Shown one piece after another: positions 22,515 to 37,111 of a stretch of 64,000 nucleotides of DNA. The stretch lies in assembly GCA_964016885.1 (NCBI GenBank), contig OZ024751.1, forward strand, positions 32,798,001 through 32,862,000. Reading direction: 5' to 3'. The stretch is from Eledone cirrhosa (lineage: Eukaryota). Within the stretch, counting starts at the first letter, position 1. Each line of letters starts with the position of its first letter. The notes beneath the pieces are model-generated. The model worked only from the letters and a program-made list of their open reading frames with translations. It was not told where the DNA came from and made no database searches. The position numbers were made by a program, and so were the translations under genes.

Positions 22515-25500
22515 TATATTATGTGTGTGTGTATATTATGTGTGTATGTATTCTGTGTGTATTATGTGTCTGTATTAGGTGTCTGTATTTGTGCGTATTA
22601 TCTGTGTGTATTTGTGTATTATCTGTATTATATGTGTGTATTATATGTGTATATGTGTGTATTATGTGTGTTGGTGGATTGGCAGTATCGGTAGAGGGTC
22701 GGACGCCATGCTTTGACGCATAGAGTTACGGCCCTTGCTATTCTGGGTTCAAATCCCGCCGAGGTTAACTTTGCCTTTCATCCTTACGGGGTTGATAAAA
22801 TAAAGGACCAGTAATGCACTGGGATAATTGCTGGCCTTGTGCCAAAAGTAGAAACAATTGTGTGTATTATATGTGTGTATTATGTGTGTATTATATGTGT
22901 GTATTATCTGTGTATTATGTGTGTATTATGTGTGTATTATCTGTGTATTATATGTGTGTATATGTGTGTATTATCTGTGTGTATTATCTGTGCGTATTAT
23001 CTGTATTATATGTGTGTATTATGTGTGTATTATGTGTGTATTATCTGTGTATTATCTGTGTATTATCTGTGTATTATCTGTGTATTATATGTGTGTATCT
23101 GTGTGTATTATCTGTGCGTATTATCTGTGCGTATTATCTGTGCGTATTATCTGTGCGTATTATCTGTATTATATGTGTATTATGTGTGTATTATCTGTGT
23201 ATTATGTGTGTATTATCTGTGTGTATATGTGTGTATTATCTGTATTATATGTGTGTATTATCTGTATTATATGTGTGTATTATGTGTGTATTATATGTGT
23301 GTATTATCTGTATTATGTGTGTATTATCTGTGTATTATATGTGTGTATATGTGTGTATTATCTGTGCGTATTTGTATTATATGTGTGTATTATCTGTATT
23401 ATTATATGTGTGTATTATATGTGTGTATTATCTGTGTATTATGTGTGTATTATCTGTGTATTATATGTGTGTATATGTGTGTATTATCTGTGTATTATCT
23501 GTGCGTATTATCTGTGCGTATTATCTGTATTATATGTGTGTATTATGTGTGTATTATGTGTGTATTATCTGTGTATTATGTGTGTATTATCTGTGTATTA
23601 TATGTGTGTATATGTGTGTATTATCTGTGCGTATTATCTGTATTATATGTGTGTATTATCTGTATTATATGTGTGTATTATATGTGTGTATTATCTGTAT
23701 TATGTGTGTATTATCTGTGTATTATATGTGTGTATATGTGTGTATTATATGTGTGTATTATCTGTGCGTATTATCTGTATTATATGTGTGTAATATCTGT
23801 ATTATATGTGTGTATTATGTGTGTATTATGTGTGTATTATCTGTGTATTATGTGTGTATTATCTGTGTATTATATGTGTGTATATGTGTGTATTATCTGT
23901 GCGTATTATCTGTATTATATGTGTGTATTATCTGTATTATATGTGTGTATTATATGTGTGTATTATCTGTGTATTATGTGTGTATTATCTGTGTATTATA
24001 TGTGTGTATATGTGTGTATTATATGTGTGTATTATCTGTGCGTATTATCTGTATTATATGTGTGTATTATCTGTATTATCTGTATTATATGTGTGTATTA
24101 TATGTGTGTATTATCTGTGTATTATGTGTGTATTATCTGTGTATTATATGTGTGTATTATCTGTGCGTATTATCTGTATTATATGTGTGTGTTATCTGTA
24201 TTATATGTGTGTATTATATGTGTGTATTATCTGTGTATTATGTGTGTATTATCTGTGTATTATATGTGTGTATATGTGTGTATTATATGTGTGTATTATC
24301 TGTGCGTATTATCTGTATTATATGTGTGTATTATCTGTATTATCTGTATTATATGTGTGTATTATGTGTGTATTATATGTGTGTATTATCTGTGTATTAT
24401 GTGTGTATTATCTGTGTATTATATGTGTGTATATGTGTGTATTATCTGTGCGTATTATCTGTATTATATGTGTGTATTATCTGTATTATATGTGTGTATT
24501 ATGTGTGTATTATATGTGTGTATTATCTGTGTATTATGTGTGTATTATCTGTGTATTATCTGTGCGTATTATCTGTGCGTATTATCTGTATTATATGTGT
24601 GTATTATGTGTGTATTATCTGTGTATTATGTGTGTATTATCTGTGTATTATATGTGTGTATATGTGTGTATTATCTGTGCGTATTATCTGTATTATATGT
24701 GTGTATTATGTGTGTATTATGTGTGTATTATCTGTGTATTATGTGTGTATTATCTGTGTATTATATGTGTGTATATGTGTGTATATGTGTGTATTATCTG
24801 TGTGTATTATCTGTGCGTATTATCTGTGCGTATTATCTGTATTATATGTGTGTATTATCTGTATTATATGTGTGTATTATGTGTGTATTATATGTGTGTA
24901 TTATCTGTGTATTATGTGTGTATTATCTGTGTATTATATGTGTGTATATGTGTGTATTATCTGTGCGTATTATCTGTATTATATGTGTGTATTATCTGTA
25001 TTATATGTGTATTATATGTGTGTATTATCTGTGTATTATGTGTGTATTATCTGTGTATTATATGTGTGTATATGTGTGTATTATCTGTGTGTATTATCTG
25101 TGCGTATTATCTGTGCGTATTATCTGTATTATATGTGTGTATTATCTGTATTATATGTGTGTATTATGTGTGTATTATATGTGTGTATTATCTGTGTATT
25201 ATGTGTGTATTATCTGTGTATTATATGTGTGTATATGTGTGTATTATCTGTGCGTATTATCTGTATTATATGTGTGTATTATCTGTATTATATGTGTGTA
25301 TTATGTGTGTATTATATGTGTGTATTATCTGTGTATTATGTGTGTATTATCTGTGTATTATATGTGTGTATATGTGTGTATTATATGTGTGTATTATCTG
25401 TGCGTATTATCTGTATTATATGTGTGTATTATCTGTATTATATGTGTGTATTATATGTGTGTATTATCTGTGTATTATGTGTGTATTATCTGTGTATTAT

Positions 25501-26535
25501 ATGTGTGTATATGTGTGTATTATATGTGTGTATTATGTGTGTATTATATGTGTGTATATGTGTGTATTATCTGTGCGTATTATCTGTATTATATGTGTGT
25601 ATTATGTGTGTATTATGTGTGTATTATGTGTGTATTTGTGTATTATGTGTGTATTATCTGTGTATTATATGTGTGTATTATCTGTGCGTATTATCTGTAT
25701 TATATGTGTGTATTATCTGTATTATCTGTGTGTATTATGTGTGTATTATATGTGTGTATTATCTGTGTATTATGTGTGTATTATCTGTGTATTATATGTG
25801 TGTATATGTGTGTATTATATGTGTGTATTATCTGTGCGTATTATCTGTATTATATGTGTGTATTATGTGTGTATTATGTGTGTATTATGTGTGTATTTGT
25901 GTATTATGTGTGTATTATCTGTGTATTATATGTGTGTATTATCTGTGCGTATTATCTGTATTATATGTGTGTATTATCTGTATTATCTGTGTGTATTATG
26001 TGTGTATTATATGTGTGTATTATCTGTGTATTATGTGTGTATTATCTGTGTATTATATGTGTGTATATGTGTGTATTATATGTGTGTATTATCTGTGCGT
26101 ATTATCTGTATTATGTGTGTATTATCTGTATTATATGTGTGTATTATGTGTGTATTATATGTGTGTATTATCTGTGTATTATGTGTGTATTATCTGTGTA
26201 TTATATGTGTGTATATGTGTGTATTATCTGTGCGTATTATCTGTATTATATGTGTGTATTATGTGTGTATTATGTGTGTATTATGTGTGTATTATCTGTG
26301 TATTATGTGTGTATTATATGTGTGTATATGTGTGTATTATCTGCGTATTATCTGTATTATATGTGTGTATTATGTGTGTATTATATGTGTGTATTATCTG
26401 TGTATTATGTGTGTATTATCTGTGTATTATATGTGTGTATTATCTGTGCGTATTATCTGTATTATATGTGTGTATTATCTGTATTATATGTGTGTATTAT
26501 GTGTGTATTATGTGTCTGTATTATGTGTGTATTTG
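22515..26535. repeat. ~4-kb minisatellite of shuffled 9-13 bp units (TATTATCTG, TATTATCTGTG, TATTATGTGTG, TATTATATGTGTG, TATTATCTGTGCG, TATATGTGTG)
   Basis: Direct inspection; explains the 900-1280 aa C/V/Y/I/L/M pseudo-ORFs. Confidence 0.97.
22672..22858 (+). mobile_element. tRNA-derived SINE inserted in the minisatellite
   Basis: A box TGGCAGTATCGG, B box GGTTCAAATCCC, Nin-like core, tail GGCCTTGTGCCAAAAGTAGAAACAAT. Confidence 0.9.
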
Positions 26536-27899
26536 TAATAAATGTCTACTATATACACATGTATATATATATAATATATAAATACAATATAATAATATAT
26601 GTTGGTGTGTATCGGGTTTGTGTTTATATCACCGTAGAAATCTGTTTATGCAACATTCTAATTAGCAAAGGGAAATTACTGTAGTATATTTTAATAAAAA
26701 TATTTTATTTTCCGTTTTAGCCAGAAATGTTGTTGTTTGATAAAACTGTCATTGAATTTATGCCTTGTCTGTTTCTGCTGAAGACTACTTTACTAATTAA
26801 GCTTAGGCTTAATTTATTATATCGGTTTTCATCGTAAAATTGAGACGGGTGTTTTTTCATGTCTATTTAATGCAGCACGTTAGTGATATAGTAAGTTTTA
26901 GTTTCTATTTGTTTGAATATCATTTCGAAGCAGATACGACGGGGTTCATTAATTTCTAGATGAATTATTTGGGTTTAGTTTTAGTTTGTGGTTGTGTGTG
27001 TGTGTGGGGGGGGGGGGTATATATAAAACTGAATAGCTATATATATTTATATCATCTTGTCAATATCTAACCTTTTTCCTCATAAATATAGACAGAAATT
27101 ACGGTATACAAGTAGGCACATGCATTAAAACTTAATATATGGTTATGTTACCAGGAAGCTGGAGAGTGAAAGTAATATAGTTACGGTTATCTTGAGGAAA
27201 CGCTATATTTTTTTTTTTATACGCTTTTGCAATATAAGAATAGGAAACGAAGACAAACTGATTGATGCAGACAAAATATATATTTATGGTAATTGTTCAG
27301 AATTAAGATCGTAGATGTGACCGATGTGAAGCAGCTGTAGAAAGTTGGCATGATGTAGTGAAGAATGCAGTGGGTAGAAAAGACATCCCCGAGAATAAAC
27401 ATAGAAAGAGTAGTTGGTGATTGTTGCAGTGAAAATCAATGAAGTACAAGCATAACGGACAAGAGAGAAGAATGCAGGCCCAGCAGTTGGAGTTCGCTGC
27501 CAAGCAGATGCCAATATAATATGAAATATTAGGGAATCGGATAATGTCGATTCCGTTTTATTGCAAAAGCGAATCCTTTAAAGTGCGAAACAATATAGTG
27601 TTTGTCGTTGATGTATTTATATCTATATTACTCTACATAAGCCCGCAAACAGGCCTTCAACAGTAAATATGTAATTGGCCTTTGTTTAAAAAGAAATTTT
27701 TTTTCTTAATATAATTGTTTATCTGCTGGATTGGTCATTGACCATTTTAGTAGGAGAGGGGATTTTGTTAGTGGTGTGTTACCTTCGCTGACTTAACTCT
27801 CTGAGAAAGAAAAGCAATTATATTTTTCTTTGACTGTATTTAGCCACTGAAGAATGGGTGTAGCTCCTTGGAGCACTCCAACCAATAATTCGAAGAACC

Positions 27900-30295
27900 A
27901 TCGGGTGTAATGACTTTGGCTTTAGTGTTCGTGTAGAGCAGTGATACTTTTGTATTCCACAAAAATCTTGATCAGGCAGTGACGATAGTCAGAATTATAG
28001 GCAATTTGCTTTAGCTCCCTCAAATATCTTCCTCAGCATCAGGATGTGACCGTTGGTTGATCTTTATCTCTGAAGCTGTTCTGGTTGTTTGAGCTTTTTG
28101 TCCATGTAGGGCTGGATTCTCTTAAGAATCATCCTGTTGAGGTTCTTTGCCACAAGTGAGGTCTCCCTGTAGTTGTTGCTGTTAAAGAGATCTGCCTTCT
28201 TTGGCAGTGGCACGAAGTTACTGATCGTCCACTGGTTCAGGGAAACTCGTTTCTCCAGTCCCTTTTTACAGAACTGCAAGCTATGAAAATCACAACTCTA
28301 CATGACCTGATGCCACTCGATTTTCTCCATGGGCCTTGCCCTCCTTTATCTTCTTTTTTTGCTCTCTGAAGCTCTCTGGCAAAGGGTCCTGTCTCAATAT
28401 TCAGTTTTTGTAACAGCCACCTGATCTGCCCAGTGTTCTTGGCTGTGGAGGGCATCTCATAGTTGTGTTCTAAAATGGTCCAGCCACTTCCTTTTTCCTA
28501 TCCTCTGGATCTGTTTCCTTGATCTGACCTTTCCTCCATGTGATCTCGTTGATCATCCAACTGTCAACCGTTCTCTTAACACTTTTAGTGCCTCCTCTCT
28601 GGCGTCAGTGTAAGCGGTACAGAGTGCTTCCCTCATCACCTCCACTGTGTCCATCCTCTCCATAGGATCAGCACAGAATTGGTCCTTGGCAGGCTGCACA
28701 CACCTTTGGGTCTGCAGAACTGACATGCTTCTTCTTCTTTCTCCTCAGCATCAGTGTCTCACTTGCTTCTGCTACTGCATTGTTCAAGTAGCCGTACCTC
28801 TTTGTCAAACTCTCTACAAAGAGCACTGAACCTGTTGCTCACTTCTCCTGTGAACCTCTTCTGTAGCTTATGTTCATTGAAAGTTCCCCAGTCATAGATT
28901 ATACTGTTGGTGTAGCCTTGCTCTTTCTTAAGCTCACTCGGACCTCACTCATAACAAGCATGTGTCCACTGTCCCAGTGTACTGAAATAGTTGTATGGTT
29001 CTGTGTTGAGAACACTATTGCGCTGCTTTTTCCTCACCAGAAAGAAATCAATCTAGGTCTTGGTCCACATCTTTTCTGGATTCTTCCTTAACGTTAGGTT
29101 GGTTGCCATCAAGTTTGCATCCAGCATGGCGTCTGTCGGTAGTCTTCCATTTCGGTTGGTGTTAGGGAATTACCAGCGCGGATCTTCACTGCTCTCCTTA
29201 CTCAGATGTGCATAGAAGTCCCTCAGAAGAATGATGTTTTGAGCTTGTGTGGTGTTGACAGCTCTACAGATCTCATGAAATTCCTCTGCATTCACATCAC
29301 TGTCTCCCTTGGTAGAACTATAAGCTGATATCCGGTTTTAAATTCCTGTTATTGCCTGCAGGACTATGATAAAAAGGAGAGGGCTAAGAACAGCCCTGGT
29401 GTACACGGACCTGCATGCTAAATTCCTCGCTCTAATCATTGATAACCCTAACTTTGCTGATTGTTTCTTTATACATGGCTTGTACAGCCCTCATAAGCCA
29501 TTCATCTACTTTTAATTTTCCAAGAGCCGACCGTATTATAGCATGGTGGACTCTGTCGAAGGCTTTTTCCATTTCGACAAATGCCAGGTAGAGTGGCTTA
29601 CTTTTAGCTAGGTACTAATCAACTGTGCTATAACTCTTTACGTTACTTTCATGATCTGGTGGTCCATCAGCTTTATACCTCTCTAGTTTCCTCTATCTAG
29701 TGCATCACCTTTACCTTTGTATCAGTTGACCATGATGCTGCTGCACGAATCGTTTAGTATTATCTAGTTAACATTACTTGTGGTTATGGTCTGATCTACT
29801 GACCCAGATGCCTTGAGCATCTCGGCAACTATACCCGATGGACCGGTTGCCTTCCCCGTCTTCATATCTTTGATTGCCATACTATATTGCTGCTGACTTG
29901 TTCTGCTAGCCCCTCTATAGGGTTCACTTTGGGTATGGTATCTTTTTCCCATGCATTCTCCCCATTTAGTAATCTTTCATACTGGCTCTTCCATGCATCT
30001 CCTCAGAAATTGTGAGTGCAATCTGACCTTTATCATTCTGGATACACTTTTGTCCAATGACATCACAATTCTCTCTGACACACTGCCTCGTAATCTCGAA
30101 CACCTGTTTCTGTTCCTCGTGTTGCAAAAGATGCTTGAAATTCCTATCCTCTACCTCCCTTCTAGCTAAGTATACTTGTCGCCTAGCTTCGCTCCTGGTC
30201 TCTATGTAATGTGCCCTGTTTTTCCATTCTTTCCATGCCTGTCTCTTAGCCTTAATTGCCTCATCTACCATATTGTTCTACCACCAAGTGACTCT
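27900..30295 (-). mobile_element. Two fused decayed RTE LINE fragments in block copy 1
   Basis: VPLPKKADL..NNYR.TSLVAK.LNRMILKRI; LYLAFVEMEKAFDRV; MKTGKATGPSGIVAEMLKASG; EAIKAKRQAWKEWK. Confidence 0.85.
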
Positions 30296-30989
30296 CCTAA
30301 TCCATGTATATATCTTTTTATCATTATCCTTTTCTCAAATATACACACATGCAAATATTATGCATGGATATGTTAACTGGTAGCTGGAGAGTGAGAATAA
30401 TATAGATGATAAAAATCTATCTTCAGCAACAAGTGCTATATTGTCTCCCATGTTGAAAGATATTATTTTACAATATAAGAACTTGAAACTAAGACTAACT
30501 GATGTATAGAATAGAAAGACCTAGATGTGAAAAGAAGTGGAAATTGTGCAGATTGAAGATTGAAGATTTGACCGATGTGAAGAAACTGGAAAGATGTTTC
30601 GAAAAGAGTGAAGAATGCAGTCCGTAGGAAAGACACCCCCGAGAGTGAACATTTGAAGCTAGAGCAAGGTTTTAAGAGTTAGAAAGAGTAGTTGTTGATT
30701 GTTCCTGTGAAAAGCAATGAAGTGCAAGCATAACAGACGAGACAAGAATGCAGACCCAGCAGTCGGAGATAAGCAGCGAAGCAGATGCCAATATAATATT
30801 AAATATTAGAGAATCAGTTTGTTCTTATTTCATGTTTTATTGCGAAATGGTATTGTTGAAAGCTAAAGACAATATAGCGTTTGTTGAAGATGATGTATAC
30901 TTTCTATGCAGAAATAAGGAAACATTTGCAGTCATCTTCACAATCATACGTTCGCTTTCAAGTGTGGGACATGTACTATTGAGCACCGC

Positions 30990-31770
30990 CTCTCCACTTA
31001 TACCGGTCGTTGGTCACCTCGTTGGTGATCGTTAGCGATTTGAGGTCTGCTTTCACCACCCGTCTGTTTTTCTTAGTCTTCCTTCTACTGGAATTACTTG
31101 GCACATGTTTACCCAGCAAACCATCTTATTCTTCTCTCCTGCACATAACTCATACCCATTTTCTCTCTCAACTCATCTCTGCTCGGTCGTCGGAGCATGC
31201 TTCCTTCATTTCTTTGCCAGCTTTGGCATATTCTCTGCAATTGCTGGCCATGTCTCACTTCTTCCAACCCATCCTTATTGTAGATATTATGGCCTCGTAG
31301 TAGCCTCCTCTCTTTCTAATCTGCTCATCTGTATAGAACCCACCTTCATTTGAAAACTGTTTCTATCACTGTCACTTCTACTGTGAAATTTCTCTGTACA
31401 TGTAGTTTTCACTACCTGTTTGCTTGCTATCCCACTACATATGTTGAGTACCCCAGATGTGCATTGTGTATATTTTATAGAATTTATCCCAACTCCTTTT
31501 CAACATAGGGAGCATGTCCTCTTTTCTATGTTTTTATTCTGTCCTCTTGCTTCCAACTACTGTTTCCATAGACAGCATTTCTTTAGCTTCTTTACTGATT
31601 CTGCTATAAGAACCAGATCGTCATGGACAGCTAGTTTTAAACGCATCTGTTACTGACAGCACCTCTGTACAAAGCCTGCACTGCCCTCAAGACATTCCCC
31701 AACACCTAGTTTGGTTAGGCACCACCAGATGACAGATCATGGTACCCTACCAAAGGAGTTGTCTGTCAAC
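30990..31770 (-). mobile_element. Scrambled RTE 3'/RT remnants in copy 1 (paralogues at ~36070-36800, 40160-40950, 45180-45990)
   Basis: Minus strand ELREKMG, V..DLKSLTIT and VQALYRGAVS-like segments resembling 2385-2800 and 4425-4705. Confidence 0.65.
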
Positions 31771-31875
31771 AAAATTAATTGCTAAGATGGATTACATTGC
31801 CACCGGTTATATTTTATATATTTCCTAAGACTCGTTTGATTAAAAAGCTTTTACTGACATTATTAGTTGTAGCTA

Positions 31876-32061
31876 GGCGGTGGGTTGGCAGTATCGGTGG
31901 ATGGTCGGACGCCATGCTTTGACTTAAAGAGTTACGTCCCTTTACGATCTGAGTTCAAATCCCGCCGAGGTTAACTTTGCCTTTCATCCTTACGGGGTGG
32001 ATAAAATAAAGTACCAGTAATGTACTGGGTTATTGCCGGCCTTGTGCCAAAAGTAGAAACA
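31876..32061 (+). mobile_element. Full-length tRNA-SINE with 17-bp TSD
   Basis: TSD ATTATTAGTTGTAGCTA at 31859-31875 and 32062-32078; A/B boxes; empty sites at ~41035 and ~46098. Confidence 0.95.
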
Positions 32062-33179
32062 ATTATTAGTTGTAGCTATAAGTTTAGCTAGATTGCCAGC
32101 GTTGAAATAGTATATGTCTATGTATGTATACACGTACACATGTTATTATGTATAGTGTTTTTGTGTTTATACGTCTACAAATGTTTATGCCATATTTCAA
32201 TTAGCAAAGGGAGTTTTACTCTTGGATATTTTAATAAAATTACGAGTTGTTTCCCCTCTTAGCAGGAAATTTAGTTGTTTGATAAAACTCAATATTCAAG
32301 GCTGCTTGTCTCGGTCAGTGGTAAGCGTCTGTTGAAGACTAGACATCGAAATTACGATATACAAGTACACGCATGGATATGTTGCCAAGGAGCTGTCGAG
32401 TGATTATAATGTAGATAAGCAAAATCTATGAACACTCGCTATATTATCTCGCACTTTTATGGATATGTTTTTGCAATACAAGAATAGGAAACGAAGAAAA
32501 ACTAATTCACTGAATACAGTGTGATGCAGGCAAAAGATGTTGAAATTGTGCCGAATTAAGATTGAAAATTTGACCGATGTGAAAGAAGCTGTGGAAAATT
32601 TGCATGATGTAATGAAGAATGCATTGGTTAGAAAAGACATCCCCGAGAATAAACAGAAAGAGTAGTTGCGGATTGTTCCAGTGAAAATCAATGAAGTGCA
32701 AGCATAACAGATGAGAGAAGCATGCAGGCCCAGCAGTTCGAGTTAGCTGCCAAGGAGATGCCAATATAATATAAAATATTAATGGAATCAGATAGTTTAT
32801 TGATTCCCTGTTTTATTGCAAAAGCGAATCCTTTAAAGTGCGAGACAATATAGTGTTTGTCGTTGATGTATTTTTATCTATATTACTCTGCGTAAATACG
32901 GAAAAATTTATGAGATGCCCGACCCTACATAAGCCCACAAACAGACATTCAACAGTAAATATTTAATTGTCCTTTGTTTAAAAAGAAATTTTTTTTTCTT
33001 AATATAATTGTTTATCTGCTGGATTGGTCATTGACCATTTTAGTAGGAGAGGGGATTTTGTTAGTGGTGCGTTACCTTCGCTGACTTAACTCTGAGAAAG
33101 AAAAGCAATTATATTTTTCTTTAACTGTATTTAGCCACTGAAGAATGGGTGTAGCTCCTTGGAGCAATCCAAGCAGTAA

Positions 33180-35355
33180 CTCGAACCATCGGGTGTAATG
33201 ACTTTGGCTTTAGTGTTCGTGTAGAGCAGTGATACTTTTGTATTCCACAAAAATCTTGATCAGGCAGTGACGATAGTCAGAATTATAGGCAATTTGCTTT
33301 AGCTCCCTCAAATATCTTCTTCAGCATCAGGATGTGACCGTTGGTTGATCTCTATCTGTGAAGCTGTTCTGGTTGTTTGAGCTTTTTGTCCATGCAGGGC
33401 TGGATTCTCTTTAGAATCATCCTGTTGAGGGTCTTTGCCACAAGTGAGGTCCCCCTGTAGTTGTTTCTGTTAGAGAGATCTGCCTTCTTTGGCAGTGGCA
33501 CGAAGTTATTGATCGTCCACTTGTTCAGGGCAACTCGTTTCTCCAGTCCCTTTTTACAGATCTCCAAGATATGAAAATCACAACTCTACATGACCTGATG
33601 CCACTCGATTTTCTCCATGGGCCTTGCCCTCCTTTATCTTCTTTTTTTGCTCTCTGAAGCTCCTCTCTGGCAAAGGGTCCTGTCTCAATATCCAGTTATT
33701 GTAACAGCCACCTGATCTGCCCAGTGTTCTTGTCTGTGGAGGGCATCTCATAGTTGTGTTCTAAAATGGTTCAGCCATTTCCTTTTTCCTATCCTCTGGA
33801 TCTGTTTCCTGGATCTGACCTTTCCTCCATGTGATCTCGTTGATCATCCAACTGTCAACCGTTCTCTTAACACTTTAGTGCCTCCTCTCTGGCGTCGGTG
33901 TAAGCGGTACAGAGTGCTTCCCTCATCACCTCCACTGTGTTCATCCTCTCCATAGGATCAGCACATAAATTGGTCCTTGGCAGGCTGCACACACTTTCTG
34001 GTCTGCAGAACTGACATGCTTCCTCTTCTTTCTCCTCAGCATCAGTGTCTCACTTGCTTCTGCTACTGCATTGTTCAAGTAGCCGTACCTCTTTGTTAAA
34101 CTCTCCACACAGAGCACTGAACCTGTTGCTCACTTCTCCTGTGAACCTCTTCTGTAGCTTATGTTCCTTGAACGTTCCCCAGTCATAGATTATACTGTTG
34201 GTGTAGCCTTGCTCTTTCTTAAGCTCACTCGGACCTCACTCATAACAAGCATGTGTCCACTGTCACAGTGTACTGAAATAGTTGTATGGTTCTGTGTTGA
34301 GAACACTATTGCACTGCTTTTTCCTCACCAGAAAGAAATCAATCTAGGTCTTGGTCCACATCTTTTCTGGATTCTCCCTTAACGTTAGGTTGGTTGCCAT
34401 CAAGTTTGCACTGGCAGGACACGGACCTGCATGCTAAATTACTCGCTCTAGTCATTGATAACCCTAACTTTGCTGATTGTTTCTTTATACATGGCTTGGT
34501 ACAGCCCTCATAAGCTATTCATCTACTTCAAATTTTCTAAGAGCTCACCAGATTATAGCATGGTGGACTCTGTCGAAGGCCTTTTCCATTTCGACAAATG
34601 CCAGGTAGAGTTGCTTACTTTTAGCTAGGTACTTTTCCTGTAACTGCGTCACAAAAGTGAGGACATGAGTGGTGCCTTTTCCTGGTACAAAGCACAATTG
34701 CATATCATGTAGTTTCACCGTGTTCCTAATCAACTGTGCTCTAACTCTGTTACTTTCATGACCTGGTCCATCAGCTTTATACCTCTATAGTTTCCTCTAT
34801 CTAGTGCATCACCTTTACCTTTGTATCAGTTGACCATGATGCTGCTGCACGAATCGTTTGGTACGACGCCCTTTAGTATTATCTAGTTAACAATACGTGT
34901 GGTTATGGTCTGATCTACCGACCCAGATGCCTTGAGCATCTCGGCAGCTATACCCGATGGACCGGTTGCCTTCCCCGTCTTCATATCTATGATTGCCATA
35001 CTACATTGCTGCTGACTTGTTCTGCTAGCCCCTCTATAGGGTTCACTTTGGGTATGGTATCTTTTTCCCATACATTCTCCTCATTTAGTAATCTTTCATA
35101 CTGGCTCTTCCACGCATCTTCTCAGCACTTTTGTCCAATGACATCACAATTCACTCTGGAACACCTGTTTCTTTTCCTCGTGTTGCAAAACATGCTTGAA
35201 TTTCCTATCCTCTACCTTCCTTCTAGCTAAGTATACTTGTCGCCTAGCTTTGCTCCTGGTCTCTCTGTAATGTGCCCTGTTTTTCCATTCTTTCCATGCC
35301 TGTCTCTTAGCCTTAACTGCCTCATCTACCATATTGTTCTACCACCAAGTCACTC
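33180..35355 (-). mobile_element. Decayed RTE fragments in block copy 2
   Basis: Includes MQLCFVPGKGTTHVLTFVTQLQEKYLAKSKQLYLAFVEMEKAFDRV. Confidence 0.85.
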
Positions 35356-36925
35356 TCCTCATCCATGTATATATGTTTTTATCATCTTTTTCTCAAATAT
35401 CCACACATAACGACACACAGGCAAATCTTATGCATGGATATGTTAACTGGTAGCTGGAGAGAGAATAATATAGATAAGTCTATCTTCAGCAACAAGTGCT
35501 ATATTGTCTCCCATGTTGAAAGATATTATTTTACAATATAAGAACTTGAAACTAAGACTAACTGATGTATAGAATAGAAAGACCTAGATGTGAAAAGAAG
35601 TGGAAATTGTGCAGATTGAAGATTGAAGATTTGACCCGATGTGAAGAAACTGGAAAGATGTGTCGAAAAGAGTGAAGAATGCAGTCCGTAGGAAAGACAT
35701 CCCCGAGAGTGAACATTTGAAGCTAGAGCAAGGTTTTAAGAGTTAGAAAGAGTAGTTGTTGATTGTTCCTGTGAAAAGCAACGAAGTGCAAGCATAACAG
35801 ACGAGACAAGAATGCAGGCCCAGCAGTCGGAGTTAAGCAGCGAAGCAGATGCCAATATATTATTAAATATTAGAGAATCAGTTTGTTCTTATTTCATATT
35901 TTATTGCTAAATGGTATTGTTGAAAGCTAAAGACAATATAGTGTTTGTTGAAGATGATCTACTTTGTTTATGTATATTACTTTTTATGCAGAAATAAGGA
36001 AACATTTGCACAGTCATCATCATCATACGTTCGCTTTCAAGTGTGGGACATGTACTATTGGGCACCGCCTCTCTCGGCTTATACTGGTCGTTGGTCACCA
36101 CGTTGGTGATCGTTAGACGGGGGTGGTGAGAGCAGACCTCAAATCGCTATGTTTTTCCTAGTCTTCCTTTACTGCGTCTTCCTTCTACTGGCATTTCTTG
36201 GCACATGTTTCCCCAGCAAACCATCTTATTCTTCTCTCCAGCACTCCACAACTCATACCCATTTTCTCTCTCAACTCATCTCTGCTCGATGGTTGACGAA
36301 CATCTAACGGAGCATGCTTCCTTCATTTCTTTGCCAGCCTTGGCATATTCTCTGGAATTGCTGGCCATGTCTCACTTCTTCCAACTCATCTTTATTGTAG
36401 ATACTGTGGCCTCGTAGTAGACTCCTCTCTTTCTAATCTGCTCATCTATGTAGCGGAAGGTACGAACCACTTGTATAGAACCCACCTTCATTTGAAAACT
36501 GTTTCTATCACTGGTACTTCTACTGTGAAATTTCTCTGTACAGGTAGTTTTAACTACCTGTTTGCTTGCTATCCCACTACATATGTTGAGTACCCCAGAT
36601 GTGGTGCATTGCGTATATTTTATAGAATTTATCTGGCTGTCCATGACGATCTGGTTCTTATAGCAGTTTTAAACGCATCTGTTACTGACAGCACCTCTGT
36701 ACAAAGCCTGCACTGCCCTCACAAGACATTCCCCAACACCTAGTTTGGTTAGGCACCACCAGATGACAGATCATGGTACCCTACCAAAGGACTTGTCTGT
36801 CAACAAAATTAATTTAATTGCTAAGATGGATTACATTGCCACCGGTTATATTTTATATATTTCCTAAGACTCTTTTGATTAAAAAGCTTAATTTTTATTT
36901 TTACTGACATTATTAGTTGTAGCTA

Positions 36926-37111
36926 GGCGGTGGGTTGGCAGTATCGGTGGAGGGTCGGACGCCATGCTTTGACGCAAAGAATTACGTCCCTTTACGATCC
37001 GAGTCCAAATCCCGTCGAGGTTAACTTTGCCCTTCATCCTTACGGGGTGGATAAAATAAAGTACCAGTAATGTACTGGTTAATTGCTGGCCTTGTGCCAA
37101 AAGTAGAAACA
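36926..37111 (+). mobile_element. Duplicated copy of the same SINE insertion
   Basis: Same TSD at 36909-36925 and 37112-37128. Confidence 0.95.

Noticed and set aside
22814-26684. 900-1281 aa Cys/Val/Tyr-rich ORFs
   Set aside because: Open in all three plus frames because the satellite units lack stop codons; no coding evidence
31876-31965. tRNA gene
   Set aside because: A/B boxes belong to a SINE head; no full cloverleaf, and core, tail and TSD are present
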